From a virus, in the IMG/VR virus record IMGVR_UViG_3300009527_000006, positions 28,026 to 92,025 of that record: a stretch of 64,000 nucleotides of DNA; one strand, given 5' to 3'. The position numbers were made by a program, and so were the translations under genes. Shown piece after piece: positions 27,110 to 38,280 of this stretch (its first letter is position 1; every line of letters starts with the position of its first letter). Below the pieces are notes generated by a model. The model ran no database searches. It was not told the origin of the DNA and was given only the letters and a program-made list of their open reading frames with translations.

Positions 27110-28465
27110 TTAGGTTGTCATAAATTCTTCCATCGAGAATTTCTTTTTCAATATACTTGACCTAGAATCTTCATATGATTGCTCAGTATCTTCTTCTTCA
27201 AAAAATCTCAGTGTGCTATAATCAATATTCAAGTATCCCCCGCCATTGAGAGCACCGTCTCTAGATTTCTTACCCTTAACTAATACTCTGTTAAGTTCAC
27301 GGTCTTCATCTGTTTGTGACATGACTGTAAGATTATCAAAATCGCCTAGCATTGAATATGAACCAGCCATATTATCCAAGTCAGCAGAATTATTTCGATG
27401 TCCGTCTCTATTGAGTTGTGCAGGAGTTAATAGAGGGCATTCAAAAATATAACTGAGCCCTCTTACTTCTTGAGTAATATACTGAAATTCGTCGTGCTTA
27501 GGAACATTGCTTTTTGTAGATTTACATAGAGTAATATAATCCAGTATTATCACCGATGGTTTGAAATTTTTCTTTCTTTCTAATTTTTTAATAAAGGATT
27601 TAATGTTAGTAGGAGTCACTGATTTAGCCGCGAACTCTTTGATTACTAATCTAGAAGTTTTATCAGAAATAAAATCATCCACATACTCTCTATACTCTAA
27701 TAGCCTGTCTCCTATTTCTCCTAGAGCAATACCCGTTAACATACCAGAAATTCTACGAGCATATCTTTTTTCACTCATTTCTAAAGTTATAATTACTACA
27801 TCCTCATTCTGTCTGAGAATGTTAGTTCCAATGTTTCCCACCAAAAGTGATTTTCCGACATTAGTGGAGCCAGCTACGCCATATATTGCTCGCCCTTCTT
27901 TAAACATTCCTCCACCAAATGCTTCATCCACTATCTTATATCCGGTGCTTAGAAAAACATCCTTTTCAGTTAAAATAGATTCTACCCTACTTCTTTCGGC
28001 AAAATATTCCAACCCTAGATTATCTACTAATGAAATATTAGATATAGTTTCTTGTTCAGTTTGAAAATCATCTAAATCTATTTCTTGTTTTTCTGTCTTA
28101 TCATCAATAGCCTTTTCTAGAAGATTTTCTGTTTTTCTCTGCTTTATAAAATACTCTGCATTAGCAAGCAATTCGTCTTCATTACATTCATCCGCAATAT
28201 TTTCATTTTTTATAAGATCAATCGCTTTTTTAAGATGTTCTTTATTTTTAGTAGTATTAAACCGGGTTTTTAATTCTGTAAAATTAGGAACTGCGGACCT
28301 TTCTACATAAAAATCTTTAATAGTCTGTGCTATTGCAGAGAAGTTTTCGTTTTTGAAAATATCTGCTCCAATATATTCTATGCAAGAACCTAGTAATATT
28401 CCATCTTTTTTGAGAAGATTCTTCATAAGAATCTTCTCAAAAAAATCTAAATCAATTTTGCTCAT
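27110..28465 (-). CDS. DnaB-like replicative helicase (gp41)
   Basis: Walker A 'GSTNVGKS', 'ITLEMSE', 'IILDYI', 'AQLNR', 'KSRDG'. Confidence 0.92.
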   Translation of the reverse strand: MSKIDLDFFEKILMKNLLKKDGILLGSCIEYIGADIFKNENFSAIAQTIKDFYVERSAVPNFTELKTRFNTTKNKEHLKKAIDLIKNENIADECNEDELLANAEYFIKQRKTENLLEKAIDDKTEKQEIDLDDFQTEQETISNISLVDNLGLEYFAERSRVESILTEKDVFLSTGYKIVDEAFGGGMFKEGRAIYGVAGSTNVGKSLLVGNIGTNILRQNEDVVIITLEMSEKRYARRISGMLTGIALGEIGDRLLEYREYVDDFISDKTSRLVIKEFAAKSVTPTNIKSFIKKLERKKNFKPSVIILDYITLCKSTKSNVPKHDEFQYITQEVRGLSYIFECPLLTPAQLNRDGHRNNSADLDNMAGSYSMLGDFDNLTVMSQTDEDRELNRVLVKGKKSRDGALNGGGYLNIDYSTLRFFEEEDTEQSYEDSRSSILKKKFSMEEFMTT

Positions 28466-28474
28466 ATGTATTTG

Positions 28475-28768
28475 CTAGACTATAGCATATGTAACCTCTA
28501 ACAGTCTAGAAGAATCTTTAGATAGGTATTTCATTTCTACCCATTTTTCAAAATAATCTCCGGTAACTTGATCTTCCAGTTCGGTAGGCTGGTCAGTATA
28601 AAAATTACCGCTTTTATATAATTTATATAATTGTCCAGCAGTGACTACTAATTTTGCCCCATTAGCATCTACTGTTTCTATAGCAGGGGTAGATTCATCA
28701 ATATGAAAATATTGAATCTTAGGTTTGTCTACAAACATCGAAGTCTTTTTTATTGTGACACGAATCAT
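28475..28768 (-). CDS. hypothetical protein
   Basis: 97-aa ORF coupled to uvsX (4-nt overlap). Confidence 0.55.
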   Translation of the reverse strand: MIRVTIKKTSMFVDKPKIQYFHIDESTPAIETVDANGAKLVVTAGQLYKLYKSGNFYTDQPTELEDQVTGDYFEKWVEMKYLSKDSSRLLEVTYAIV

Positions 28769-29784
28769 ACGTTATCTGGATTTAATGCAAACATCTTATT
28801 GCACATAGTTTTGAAAGACGCATCTTCTACTAGTGATTGCATAAGATTATCAGTTTCTTCTAGCTCTTTGCGTCTAAAAACTTTGTCATTGCCAATGAGT
28901 TTATACCATCCTTGCTTTTCTGAATAGATATGTTTAGTTTCAAGTGCAAGGTCAAATATTCCAGAGTATTTAGAAATTCCATCATCAAAACTAACGGTTA
29001 CTGGAAAATCGGATTTTTCTCTGACATATCTAGAAAATTTTGATTTCAATACAAAATCAAATCCAGTCAATTCAGAATCAACCTTCTTTTGTCGTTTTCC
29101 AATATTCCACAACGTATGTCCAGCATATTCTGCCCCTCTTCCTCCAGAAGCCTTTTCTTCAGGAAACATGTCCATTGTTTGGTAGCTATGATTAATTACT
29201 ATACAAGTAATGCCCTTGAAATTTATCTGTCCATTAGCAATTCGGAATACAGATTTCAACGCCTTTGCTCTAGTGAAATCAGCTTTATCATTTTCGTTCT
29301 TTGCATCCTCTACTTCTTTCGCACTGGCTAACATACCAATACTATCGACGCAAATAAGAACCTTATCACCGACTTCTATATCAGTAACTAAATTAGCCAA
29401 ATCACTCTTCCACTGTTCTACAGTAAAAATAGGTCTTCTGTCAAAATTTTCACCCGGACGAATATCTATTCCTACTCCTTCAAAATATGAATTAGGTGAG
29501 CCGAACTCCGAATCATAAAAAATGATGAGATTATCTTGGTCCTTATACTTCCTTTGGAACGACTTCATTGCTTGAATCATTAGATTAGTTTTGAAGTGCT
29601 TTGGTGGAGCAGCAATCATAACTATCCCAGCCGGAAGACCTTTATCGAAAGATCCTGATATTGCTAAATTAAGAATAGGAACATCAAAAGGTATAAAATT
29701 TTCAGATTCCCAATAATTAGATTTCTCTAATATTTTTTTATCAATTACAGTATTGGCACGAAGTTTATCAAAAAGTTTTGACAT
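28765..29784 (-). CDS. uvsX: RecA-like recombinase
   Basis: 'AAPPKHFKT', 'FYDSEFG', 'DSIGMLAS.KEVEDA..ADFTRAK', 'SGGRG'. Confidence 0.93.
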   Translation of the reverse strand: MSKLFDKLRANTVIDKKILEKSNYWESENFIPFDVPILNLAISGSFDKGLPAGIVMIAAPPKHFKTNLMIQAMKSFQRKYKDQDNLIIFYDSEFGSPNSYFEGVGIDIRPGENFDRRPIFTVEQWKSDLANLVTDIEVGDKVLICVDSIGMLASAKEVEDAKNENDKADFTRAKALKSVFRIANGQINFKGITCIVINHSYQTMDMFPEEKASGGRGAEYAGHTLWNIGKRQKKVDSELTGFDFVLKSKFSRYVREKSDFPVTVSFDDGISKYSGIFDLALETKHIYSEKQGWYKLIGNDKVFRRKELEETDNLMQSLVEDASFKTMCNKMFALNPDNV

Positions 29785-29822
29785 ATATTAACTATAGCAC
29801 ATCAAATTGACAGTTTCAAGTT

Positions 29823-30188
29823 TTAGTATAAATTAAATTCTGGAACATCTTCTTTAGGAAGAAATCTTTTCACAAATTTTTCATTTTTATAACCATTTAT
29901 TAATTCAGGAGAAAGTTGTAAATTGTCCATGAGAAGACTTTTTTTATGAAGTTTAATATAGTATTCATTAAAATCTGTATCTGGACTTAAAATAGCCTTC
30001 AGAGAAACTGGAACAGGTTCTAATGAAAGTAAATCAATTGGAGGAAATTGAACTTGATAATCTCCGGGCTTAGATGATTTAACCGACACCACTGCGGCTG
30101 CTTTTAAGTAGATAAATTCTTCATCTTCTTTATAAAGTAATCCTATAATTGTTTCTGAAATGTTTCTATAAACTGCTCTAACTTCCAT
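29823..30188 (-). CDS. hypothetical (possible Sm-like fold)
   Basis: 'ETIIGLL..EDEEFIYLK'; ATCAATA box upstream. Confidence 0.45.
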   Translation of the reverse strand: MEVRAVYRNISETIIGLLYKEDEEFIYLKAAAVVSVKSSKPGDYQVQFPPIDLLSLEPVPVSLKAILSPDTDFNEYYIKLHKKSLLMDNLQLSPELINGYKNEKFVKRFLPKEDVPEFNLY

Positions 30189-30214
30189 TATATTATTGAT
30201 AACGAATATTACGT

Positions 30215-30520
30215 TTATGCAAGAAAATAATCTTCTTTCTTTAGAGAATCTTGTCTATCATACTCTTGCCTAACACCTATTTTGAAATTCATTACTAAAT
30301 TATCTTTTTCAAATTGCTCTCTTTGAACTGCTTTTATAAGTTTAGTAACATCATTAGAATACAATCTATACAATTCTTGCTTAGAAATCCACCGACCCTC
30401 AGAAAAATCATCAGATATAATTTCTATATCACGATTTTCAAAAACACTCTGATACGATCTATATAATTCAGCAGAGTATTTGTTTTTAATACTTAAAAAT
30501 TTCTGATATAGGTGCTTCAT
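30215..30520 (-). CDS. hypothetical protein
   Basis: 101-aa ORF overlapping the polymerase end. Confidence 0.45.
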   Translation of the reverse strand: MKHLYQKFLSIKNKYSAELYRSYQSVFENRDIEIISDDFSEGRWISKQELYRLYSNDVTKLIKAVQREQFEKDNLVMNFKIGVRQEYDRQDSLKKEDYFLA

Positions 30521-33044
30521 ATTGAAAATCTGGATCTGGTAATTCCCAATTTATTGCTTCATAAATAGGCTTCAGACAGCTATTTACAGATTTATCAAAC
30601 ATAGTTCTATAATCTATAGATAAATTAAATTCTACTGGAAATTTGTCAATAAAAGCAATACCTTCAATACCATATCCATTCTTCTCAACATGAATAAGTT
30701 TTATTTTTTGCCCGTCCTCAATTTTTGCATAAACATTCTGTAAACCATTTTTATCAATAAGAGCATTATAATGCAGTGACCATTTTGCATGTCTTTGGCA
30801 TCCTAATTCAGTATATATACCATCAGAATGTTTCCATTTATGTAAAATTTTCATACTGCTCCTAAGAGCAATTTTATCTATGGCCATACTTTGATAATTA
30901 TTATAAGCATCTACATAAAGCATATCACATTCATTTTTAGAATATCCTGACATGATATTCTTAACAATATTCTTTGCAATGTCCTTAACTTCATCAGAAT
31001 ATATAGATTTGACCAAAGCTATTCCAGAGTATTTTATTTTATTAGTCTTTTTCCCTTCGTTGTTTATTACGTTCAATATATAATGTTTCTTTTTAAGCCA
31101 TATCGCTCTTGTGCAGATGGCCTCTCTCTTAAACTCAATTCTAGGATCTTTGGAATTGAGTTTATTGCGCATCAACTCGCTCAAACGTCCATTCACTGTA
31201 GTAACAATTTGTTTTTCGAATTTAGAAAAATCTTCTGTAAGATTTCCTTCAGAATCAGCTATTTTTAAGTTAGTCAATTTAATAACTTTATCTAAAGAGA
31301 TATACTGGCTATCAGTATCTCCAGCAATAATATGGTCATCATTAGAATTGCAATATTGATTAAGAACCTCATTTATTATTCGTTCACTATTCTTTATGAT
31401 AAACTGACCTGTGGTAGTTATAGAACTGGCACAATCAATATCATACAAGCAGAAAAATCTATTAGCAAAAACACCATAGGTAGAATTTAATAGAATTTTA
31501 TACAAATACTGTTCAGTGTCTAATCTAGCAATAAGGTCATATTCTTTACTTCCACTAGTTTCTAGCTCTAACATTGTGCCCTTAACAAATTTTCTCTTTT
31601 GGTATAAGTCATCAATAAATTTAGAACAAATACTTTTTTCTTTCTGATCAAAAAGAACTCCGCACGATGATATAGACCACCCCTTTTTCGATACGTATTC
31701 TAACAACTGGTCATCTTCCAATTTAATAGTCCTTTCAGAACCATGTAAAAGATGAACTATAGAATGTCCATCATCTGTTTTAGTGACCTGTCCGCGTTTA
31801 CTCTCTGGAGATATATTAAGGGTGATAATAATATTAGGATATAGGCTGTTAATGTCTAAGCTCATGACATTGTCATACATGCCCGGAACAGGGACTTTCA
31901 CATAACCTCCTGCTATTTTTTCTTTTTCAACATCATCGTCAAATCTTGTTAAAAGTATTTTATTTTCTAGATATGCTTGTTTAGCCAATACTCCTGTAAT
32001 AATAGGAACTTTGCTCATTGCTCGGTCAACATTACAGAAACCATAAAATGCAGAGAATTTGGCCACGTCTAAGTATCTTCTTTTATTATCTATAAGAAGC
32101 AGCAGGTGCGTATCCCAAATGTTATAATTAATAAACTTGTTCCAGTTTTTTTCCGAAAGAGATTGCAGAGATTCACCAGAATAGTCTAATTTTCCTTGAC
32201 CTACTTCTAACTTAGAAATAAAATCAAGTGCAAAGCTCTCTTTTTCACCCGGATTATATGTCTTATACAATTGCATATAATCAATGTGTGAAAATCCGCC
32301 AAAAGTGTATTCTTTATACCTTTTCTGAAAGCTGTCCACTACATCTCTTGCATATATGTTATCTACTGGGGATAGTTTTGCAGAAAGACCTTCTTTGAGT
32401 TTTTCCAATCTTCCTACAATATAAGGAACATCAAAGCTAGCAGAGTTCCATCCAACTAAAACATCTGGATAGTTTCGTCTCCAGAACTTGACGAAACTTT
32501 TCAGCAACAACAATTCAGTAGGACAGTAATAGTATTCTATCTTCTCAGAATCTACACCTTTAATATCATCAAATGCGGTCCATTTATCATAAGGTTTTAT
32601 TCCCCATACATAATATTTTTCAGTTTTTGAATCATATATAGTAATGGATGTTATCGGAAATTTACTAGTAATAGGGTCTGGAAATTCATCTGCAATGACC
32701 TCTATGTCAAAATAGAATATACGAAGTTTGTTTTTGGTCAATTCATCTATGCTAGAAGAATGGTATTTCTCTAATAAAAATTGCTGTGTTGGAGGAAGAT
32801 TTAGATAAACCTCCCCACGATAAGATTTTACAAAATTTTTACGCTCTTTTTCGTTGAAGAATTCTCTACGCACCAAACCCTGACCATCAATGCCAAATGC
32901 TTCATCATTTTTACCTTTAGGTGTCTTAATATACAAGAAAGGTCTGAAATTATATTCATATTTTGCAGATTCCTCATTTTCATCATATGCCCATAGATGA
33001 ATTTTGCTATTTTTATGATCGTAGTAACAATTACGGTAAGCCAT
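30486..33044 (-). CDS. family B DNA polymerase (gp43)
   Basis: Exo 'FDIEV', 'GWNSASFDVPY', 'YNIWD'; pol 'SLDINSLYP', 'KILLNSTYG', 'AGDTDS'. Confidence 0.97.
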   Translation of the reverse strand: MAYRNCYYDHKNSKIHLWAYDENEESAKYEYNFRPFLYIKTPKGKNDEAFGIDGQGLVRREFFNEKERKNFVKSYRGEVYLNLPPTQQFLLEKYHSSSIDELTKNKLRIFYFDIEVIADEFPDPITSKFPITSITIYDSKTEKYYVWGIKPYDKWTAFDDIKGVDSEKIEYYYCPTELLLLKSFVKFWRRNYPDVLVGWNSASFDVPYIVGRLEKLKEGLSAKLSPVDNIYARDVVDSFQKRYKEYTFGGFSHIDYMQLYKTYNPGEKESFALDFISKLEVGQGKLDYSGESLQSLSEKNWNKFINYNIWDTHLLLLIDNKRRYLDVAKFSAFYGFCNVDRAMSKVPIITGVLAKQAYLENKILLTRFDDDVEKEKIAGGYVKVPVPGMYDNVMSLDINSLYPNIIITLNISPESKRGQVTKTDDGHSIVHLLHGSERTIKLEDDQLLEYVSKKGWSISSCGVLFDQKEKSICSKFIDDLYQKRKFVKGTMLELETSGSKEYDLIARLDTEQYLYKILLNSTYGVFANRFFCLYDIDCASSITTTGQFIIKNSERIINEVLNQYCNSNDDHIIAGDTDSQYISLDKVIKLTNLKIADSEGNLTEDFSKFEKQIVTTVNGRLSELMRNKLNSKDPRIEFKREAICTRAIWLKKKHYILNVINNEGKKTNKIKYSGIALVKSIYSDEVKDIAKNIVKNIMSGYSKNECDMLYVDAYNNYQSMAIDKIALRSSMKILHKWKHSDGIYTELGCQRHAKWSLHYNALIDKNGLQNVYAKIEDGQKIKLIHVEKNGYGIEGIAFIDKFPVEFNLSIDYRTMFDKSVNSCLKPIYEAINWELPDPDFQYEAPISEIFKY

Positions 33045-33077
33045 TTATATCTAACATAACACTGCTACAGTCTGCTA

Positions 33078-34427
33078 TCAAGCAAACTGTTTTTCATTTC
33101 GTGAATAAAAATCTGAGAAAGATTTTCTAGAAGAGTCTCCATAAGGAGTAAGATAAACAGACAGATATTCATCAATATGGTCTTCAAGCCAATATCTTGA
33201 TACATAACTAGCAGCATTTTCAAGTGACTGTCTATAAGATTTGGTAGAAGATGTTATGTTTGCTAGATGCTCCATCATCTGTTCACCCGTATCAAATAAA
33301 TAATTCCATCCATCACTATTATAACAGGATAAATTCTGTGCAATGCATGGTATTCCCATAGCAGCAGCTTCTGTAATTTTTATGTTAGCCTTTGCATGAT
33401 TAAACGGATTATCTGCAAGAGGAGCAATAGCAACATCAGCCCCTATAGAACTGTAGACCGAAGCATAATTAAGAATATCGGTCCAAGGATAATATTCTAC
33501 CAAACCCTTTTCCACATATTTGGCCAGCTCAACAGGATGTCCTCCAAAAAAACACCATTGGTATTTCTTATCCTTTTCAATATCATTTACTATATGCTGA
33601 ATAACATGAGTAAAGTCATCTCTTCTATTATTTAGATTTGCCATGTCAATATGAGTAGCACTCCCGGCAAATAAAACTCTTGGTTTTTTATTTTTAGACA
33701 TGCTACTAATTCTTCCCTCTATATCACATCTGAAGTCGAATAAGTAACGAGGAACATAATTGGGTATGATTGAAATTCTGGGCATACCTAAATACTTTGA
33801 ATAATGATCAGCCATATATTGGCTAGGGACAATCATCTCATCTATGTTGCGCATTATACTTCTCATATTAGTTTCAATGCTAGGATCTAGGAAGCCGCTT
33901 TTTGCCACATTATAATTGTTTATAAAACTGGATGGAGCGATAATATCATCAATTTCATATAAAATCTTAAATCCACTTTCACCTTTGGTTTTTTGAACAT
34001 CTGAAACATTTTTCAGAAATTCAACATAGCGTTTTTGCTCATCCGAACATTGTCTCTGGAGTTTGATCGCATTAACTCCGTTAAAGGTATCAGGATGAGT
34101 AGTTATTCTATACATTCCATCAACCATTGCCTTTTTCTTAGACATTATTATTTGTTGTGGAAAGTGCATACGCCAAAAAGAACAACCTCCTTGATCTGCA
34201 TATTGATGTATCAAACGAGGCATATCACTAGGATTCTGTTTTACAGAAACTCTTCTAGACCTAGCCTCGTCCATTTTTTTAGCAATATTATTATCAACAA
34301 AAGAATTTTTTGACCACGGACTCTTAAAAGAATTTTTCAGATTATAATTTTTTTCAAGTATGCCATTATCAGTTCGATAATTATTAGTTCGATAAGTTTG
34401 GTTTCCTCTGCTAGAAGAATTGTGCAT
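33078..34427 (-). CDS. GT-B glycosyltransferase
   Basis: 'GGCSFWRMHFP', 'YEIDD', 'DVAIAPLADNPFNHAKANIKITEAAAMGIP'. Confidence 0.8.
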   Translation of the reverse strand: MHNSSSRGNQTYRTNNYRTDNGILEKNYNLKNSFKSPWSKNSFVDNNIAKKMDEARSRRVSVKQNPSDMPRLIHQYADQGGCSFWRMHFPQQIIMSKKKAMVDGMYRITTHPDTFNGVNAIKLQRQCSDEQKRYVEFLKNVSDVQKTKGESGFKILYEIDDIIAPSSFINNYNVAKSGFLDPSIETNMRSIMRNIDEMIVPSQYMADHYSKYLGMPRISIIPNYVPRYLFDFRCDIEGRISSMSKNKKPRVLFAGSATHIDMANLNNRRDDFTHVIQHIVNDIEKDKKYQWCFFGGHPVELAKYVEKGLVEYYPWTDILNYASVYSSIGADVAIAPLADNPFNHAKANIKITEAAAMGIPCIAQNLSCYNSDGWNYLFDTGEQMMEHLANITSSTKSYRQSLENAASYVSRYWLEDHIDEYLSVYLTPYGDSSRKSFSDFYSRNEKQFA

Positions 34428-34456
34428 CTATTATTGATACATATTCAGTTATAATA

Positions 34457-36199
34457 TCAAATAGTATTTTCTATAAAAGTTACATCATCCTTTTTACGCA
34501 ATTTTAAGTAAGTCGCATCTGAAGGAATTGCATCTGGTCTGTGAGTCACAATATAAAAACAATCGTCATTTTCTTCCGCCATCTCTTTGAGCATACTTTG
34601 TATTTCTTCTTGACCTTTAGAGTCTATGGCAGAATCAAATAGTTCATCAAATACAGATATATTAAGAGAAATTCCACTTTGCATTTTCCTAATATCTCTG
34701 AATGCAAACATAAGAGCAAAATCTATCCTAACCGCTTCTCCTCCTGAAGCATTTCCATAAGACACTTCATCACCCCTAGAATCTGTGATTTTTTCTTCAA
34801 AAAATTCATCAAAAATACAAGAATACGGAGATTCTAACCTATTAAGATAATATGCTAATCTGTCATTCAATGTGCCCAGTATCTTATCAACTATAACAGT
34901 TTTAACTCCTTGTGAAGATGCTACAAATTTAACAGCTTCACAAATTAAATCTTCTTCAACTGCTGCATCAAATGATATTTTATACTCGTCTATATCATTT
35001 TTGTGTTTCTCAATTTTGCCAAAGAACGTATTAGGTTTATTCAAACATTGTTCATATTCTTCTTGTTTTAAACGTAGGATTTGCTGTTGTAAATTAGCAT
35101 CGGATAAATCTGCTTCTAATTTCTTTAGTTTTGATTCATCAGTCTTTATATCTGAGGAGTGGCGAGACAATTTAGTTTCTGCCTTTCTAATTTTAGAAAT
35201 GAATAAATCGTATTCATTTTTCTTCTCTAATAGTTCTTGCTTAACTATATTTTTTTCATTCTCTATCTCAGCCTTATCATGTTCGTTTAGAGGACGTTTA
35301 CAAGAAGGACATATTTTATTTTTCTCAGTCAAATCTTTTAATTTATTCTCTAAAGAAAGCACTATAGATTGAAATTTGACCTTCTTATTATTGGCCTTTA
35401 TGATTTTATCAGATAACTCTCTTTGCTCAGTGATTCTATTTTTAATAGAATCTTTAATCTTAGTCATCTCATCTAAAATATCAGAAACTATAAATGTAGA
35501 ATTTCTTCTATTATCTATATCTCGTTGAATTTTATTCAATTCTATTTTACGAGCCTGTTCTTCTTCATCAGCATAATTCTGCAAATTCTGCAAATTTTTA
35601 ATAGCACTATTGTAAATTGTTTCTTTTTTAACTAAATCCTTAGATGCCGAAGATGCTTGTTCTTTAGCGGATGAAAATATATCTGAAAAACATTCTAGTG
35701 ACAATATTCCCTCAATAAATTTGGTCTTTAAATCTTTGCTCTGTGAGATAAAAGAATTTTTAGAATTATTTGTCATTACTAAAGTATGATTAAAAATACT
35801 CTGAGACACCCCTAATACCTTTTGTATTTCTTTTTCGGTTTCATTTATAGTTTTAGACAAATCTTCGTTATTTTTATAAAATAACAACTTATTAGGTTTC
35901 AGAGTTCTAATTACTTTATAGTAATCTTTTTCTATAGAAAATTCCAATTCTACTTCACATGGCCCTTTGCTGCGTTTATGAATTATTTTGCTTTGTTTTA
36001 TTTTTCTATGAGTATCGCCAAATAAGGCAAAGCTTATGCTTTCTACAAGCAGAGTAGTTTTGCCAACTCCGTTATTGGATTGTTTATCTTCATTATATCC
36101 TGATACAAAAGTTAAGCCGGGAGAATAACACAATTCTCCCGGCTTTTCACCAAATGATAAGAAATTTTTAACTTTAACTTTGTTGAAGACTACTCTCAT
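34457..36199 (-). CDS. recombination endonuclease ATPase subunit (gp46/SbcC)
   Basis: 'NFLSFG', 'NGVGKTT', zinc hook CPSC, 'ASGGE', 'FDELFD', 'VTH'. Confidence 0.95.
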   Translation of the reverse strand: MRVVFNKVKVKNFLSFGEKPGELCYSPGLTFVSGYNEDKQSNNGVGKTTLLVESISFALFGDTHRKIKQSKIIHKRSKGPCEVELEFSIEKDYYKVIRTLKPNKLLFYKNNEDLSKTINETEKEIQKVLGVSQSIFNHTLVMTNNSKNSFISQSKDLKTKFIEGILSLECFSDIFSSAKEQASSASKDLVKKETIYNSAIKNLQNLQNYADEEEQARKIELNKIQRDIDNRRNSTFIVSDILDEMTKIKDSIKNRITEQRELSDKIIKANNKKVKFQSIVLSLENKLKDLTEKNKICPSCKRPLNEHDKAEIENEKNIVKQELLEKKNEYDLFISKIRKAETKLSRHSSDIKTDESKLKKLEADLSDANLQQQILRLKQEEYEQCLNKPNTFFGKIEKHKNDIDEYKISFDAAVEEDLICEAVKFVASSQGVKTVIVDKILGTLNDRLAYYLNRLESPYSCIFDEFFEEKITDSRGDEVSYGNASGGEAVRIDFALMFAFRDIRKMQSGISLNISVFDELFDSAIDSKGQEEIQSMLKEMAEENDDCFYIVTHRPDAIPSDATYLKLRKKDDVTFIENTI

Positions 36200-36398
36200 A
36201 ATTACTTTTAGCCTGCTTCAACTGATTAAGAGAAGCATTTCCAATTATAACATCATCTATAGTCTTGAGCAAGTCTGAAAATACCGGATTATGAATATAT
36301 TCAATCTTGACAGTTTCTTCTTTTTTTCTAGGTTGTTCATAATTAAACCTAGAAGTATTATTTCCGCTCATAAAAACGCTCTTGTAGTTATTGCTCAT
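36174..36398 (-). CDS. hypothetical protein
   Basis: 74-aa ORF; ATCAATA box upstream. Confidence 0.5.
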   Translation of the reverse strand: MSNNYKSVFMSGNNTSRFNYEQPRKKEETVKIEYIHNPVFSDLLKTIDDVIIGNASLNQLKQAKSNYESSLQQS

Positions 36399-36462
36399 AC
36401 TATTAATTATTGATTAATAGTATGAGCATCAACATAAATTTATAATCAAATAAATAAATAAA

Positions 36463-37740
36463 ATGACAAATTTCAGAGAGCATTTCCAAAATATTTTAGA
36501 ACATAACGAATCAAGAATGCCTAAATTGTTTTCAATTCTGAAAAATTACAGTAATCCTTATGTAGGGGTCCATTTTTCAAAAATTTCACAGGTATCCTTA
36601 AATCCTAAACCTTTTCACAGAGATCCTATAGGCGTTTATACCTTTCCTAGACAATATATCATAGACGGGAAATTAAAAAATAACACAGGGTTTTCAAAAT
36701 ATCCATTTATTTTCGTTATAGCGCCTACTGATAGTGCCAAAATTCTAAATCTTGACATGAGCGCTGCCACTGCTAAGAAATTATTAGATTCTATGGAAAT
36801 TCCTACAGATATATATGATAAAACAATTGCCCACTACAACTACCGAGAATCACATCTTCCGGGAGAAGTATTATGGGACTCTATAGAAAGATGGATAGAG
36901 GACAATAAATTGCCACGAAATTCAGCCTTTAATAAATTGATTAAAAAGACTGGATATAATGTCATATATGATCCCGGATTGAAAATTATCCATTATAATG
37001 AGTCTTCCCAAATAGTTTTTTTAGAGCCGGGAACATATAAAGTTTTAGACATTATTACTAATAATCTTGCAGGAATTATTCCTCTTTTACGAAAAGAATT
37101 TTATGATTTTAAGATAACCAACAAAACTAATAAATTTGCCGAATCATACTACTACTATTTTGAATGTCCTGAATCGAAAAAATACTTTTCTATAGAACTC
37201 AGCAAATTGAACAATGATATTACAGTATCTACCTATGATAGTTTAAAAACTTATAGTGAAGAAAATAATTTCTCAGAAATTGTTGATTACATCAAGCATA
37301 CACTAGCAACTAGTAATTCTATTAGACATGAAGAATTAGATTACTCTAAGTCTCCTATTGCAGAAATAGCCAAATTATATGGCTTTTCTTTTGACGAAAG
37401 AACGCATAAAATAGATAGAAATTATAAATCAAAAAGCGCTAAAATAAATCTAAATATCAATTACTATCCGGCAACATCTTATTCTCCAGATTCTTCTCTT
37501 AATATTATATTAAAAAAAGATGGCCCTTTTAGTTCGTTTGATAATTATTACTATTATGACGGAATAAAAAATCCAATAGGAAGTCCAGAAGAAATGGTGA
37601 AAAAACTGTTAGATTCTATAGAAGAATCCGCAAAAGAAGACTCACAACTTACAAATTTTGATAGTTCGTATAAAGGTCAAATAGCATTAAAAGATATTGC
37701 CTTTTTAAGGAATCGAGTTTTCATAAAAAGAAGAAAATAA
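36463..37740 (+). CDS. hypothetical late protein
   Basis: 425 aa; TAAATA 6 nt upstream. Confidence 0.6.
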   Translation: MTNFREHFQNILEHNESRMPKLFSILKNYSNPYVGVHFSKISQVSLNPKPFHRDPIGVYTFPRQYIIDGKLKNNTGFSKYPFIFVIAPTDSAKILNLDMSAATAKKLLDSMEIPTDIYDKTIAHYNYRESHLPGEVLWDSIERWIEDNKLPRNSAFNKLIKKTGYNVIYDPGLKIIHYNESSQIVFLEPGTYKVLDIITNNLAGIIPLLRKEFYDFKITNKTNKFAESYYYYFECPESKKYFSIELSKLNNDITVSTYDSLKTYSEENNFSEIVDYIKHTLATSNSIRHEELDYSKSPIAEIAKLYGFSFDERTHKIDRNYKSKSAKINLNINYYPATSYSPDSSLNIILKKDGPFSSFDNYYYYDGIKNPIGSPEEMVKKLLDSIEESAKEDSQLTNFDSSYKGQIALKDIAFLRNRVFIKRRK

Positions 37741-37756
37741 CTATATTGAACAATGA

Positions 37757-37845
37757 CGGTTAGTGAAAGAATTGAACTTTCGGCGGTTTATTAGACCGCG
37801 CTTGTTTAGCAAACAAGTCGGAAATACCAACATTCCAAACTAACC
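37757..37845 (-). tRNA. tRNA-Ser(GCT)
   Basis: CTTGT-TTGCTAA-ACAAG arm, long variable arm, GTTCAA T-loop. Confidence 0.85.
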
Positions 37846-37855
37846 AAAAAATTAA

Positions 37856-37940
37856 CGGACCATGATCGCATCGAACAATTAGCCTTTTACAGCTACCACT
37901 GTTTTCAAGACAGTTTGAGGAGCCAACCTCGGCATAGTCC
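37856..37940 (-). tRNA. tRNA-Ser(TGA)
   Basis: ACTGT-CTTGAAA-ACAGT arm, long variable arm. Confidence 0.8.
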
Positions 37941-37955
37941 TTTTCAAATTATCAA

Positions 37956-38026
37956 AGTCTATTATAAGAATCGAACTTATATAGGAAGTTTTGCAGACTT
38001 CTGCCTAACCACTCGGCCAAATAGAC
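37956..38026 (-). tRNA. tRNA-Cys(GCA)
   Basis: GAAGT-CTGCAAA-ACTTC; canonical cloverleaf. Confidence 0.9.
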
Positions 38027-38036
38027 GATTAAAAAA

Positions 38037-38110
38037 TTCTCTAGTCCAGAGTCGCACTGGAATTTTTTGATTCACAATCAAAGGTTTTTACTATTAAACT
38101 ACGTAGAGAA
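38037..38110 (-). tRNA. tRNA-His(GTG), atypical
   Basis: TTTGA-TTGTGAA-TCAAA; T-loop TGCGACT; bulged acceptor stem. Confidence 0.65.
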
Positions 38111-38116
38111 TAAAAA

Positions 38117-38187
38117 CAGGCAGATTGAGAATCGAACTCAAACTAATCATTTTGGAGACGATTTTGCTACCACTACAACATCTGCCT
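38117..38187 (-). tRNA. tRNA-Trp(CCA)
   Basis: ATCGT-CTCCAAA-ATGAT; GTTCGA. Confidence 0.88.
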
Positions 38188-38191
38188 TTAA

Positions 38192-38264
38192 ACATCGACT
38201 GACAGACTTGAACTGTCACAAACAAAATCAAAATTTGGTATGCTACCATTACATCAAATCGACA
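38192..38264 (-). tRNA. tRNA-Gln(TTG)
   Basis: CAAA-TTTTGAT-TTTG; GTTCAA. Confidence 0.75.
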
Positions 38265-38280
38265 GTATTACTTATTAAAC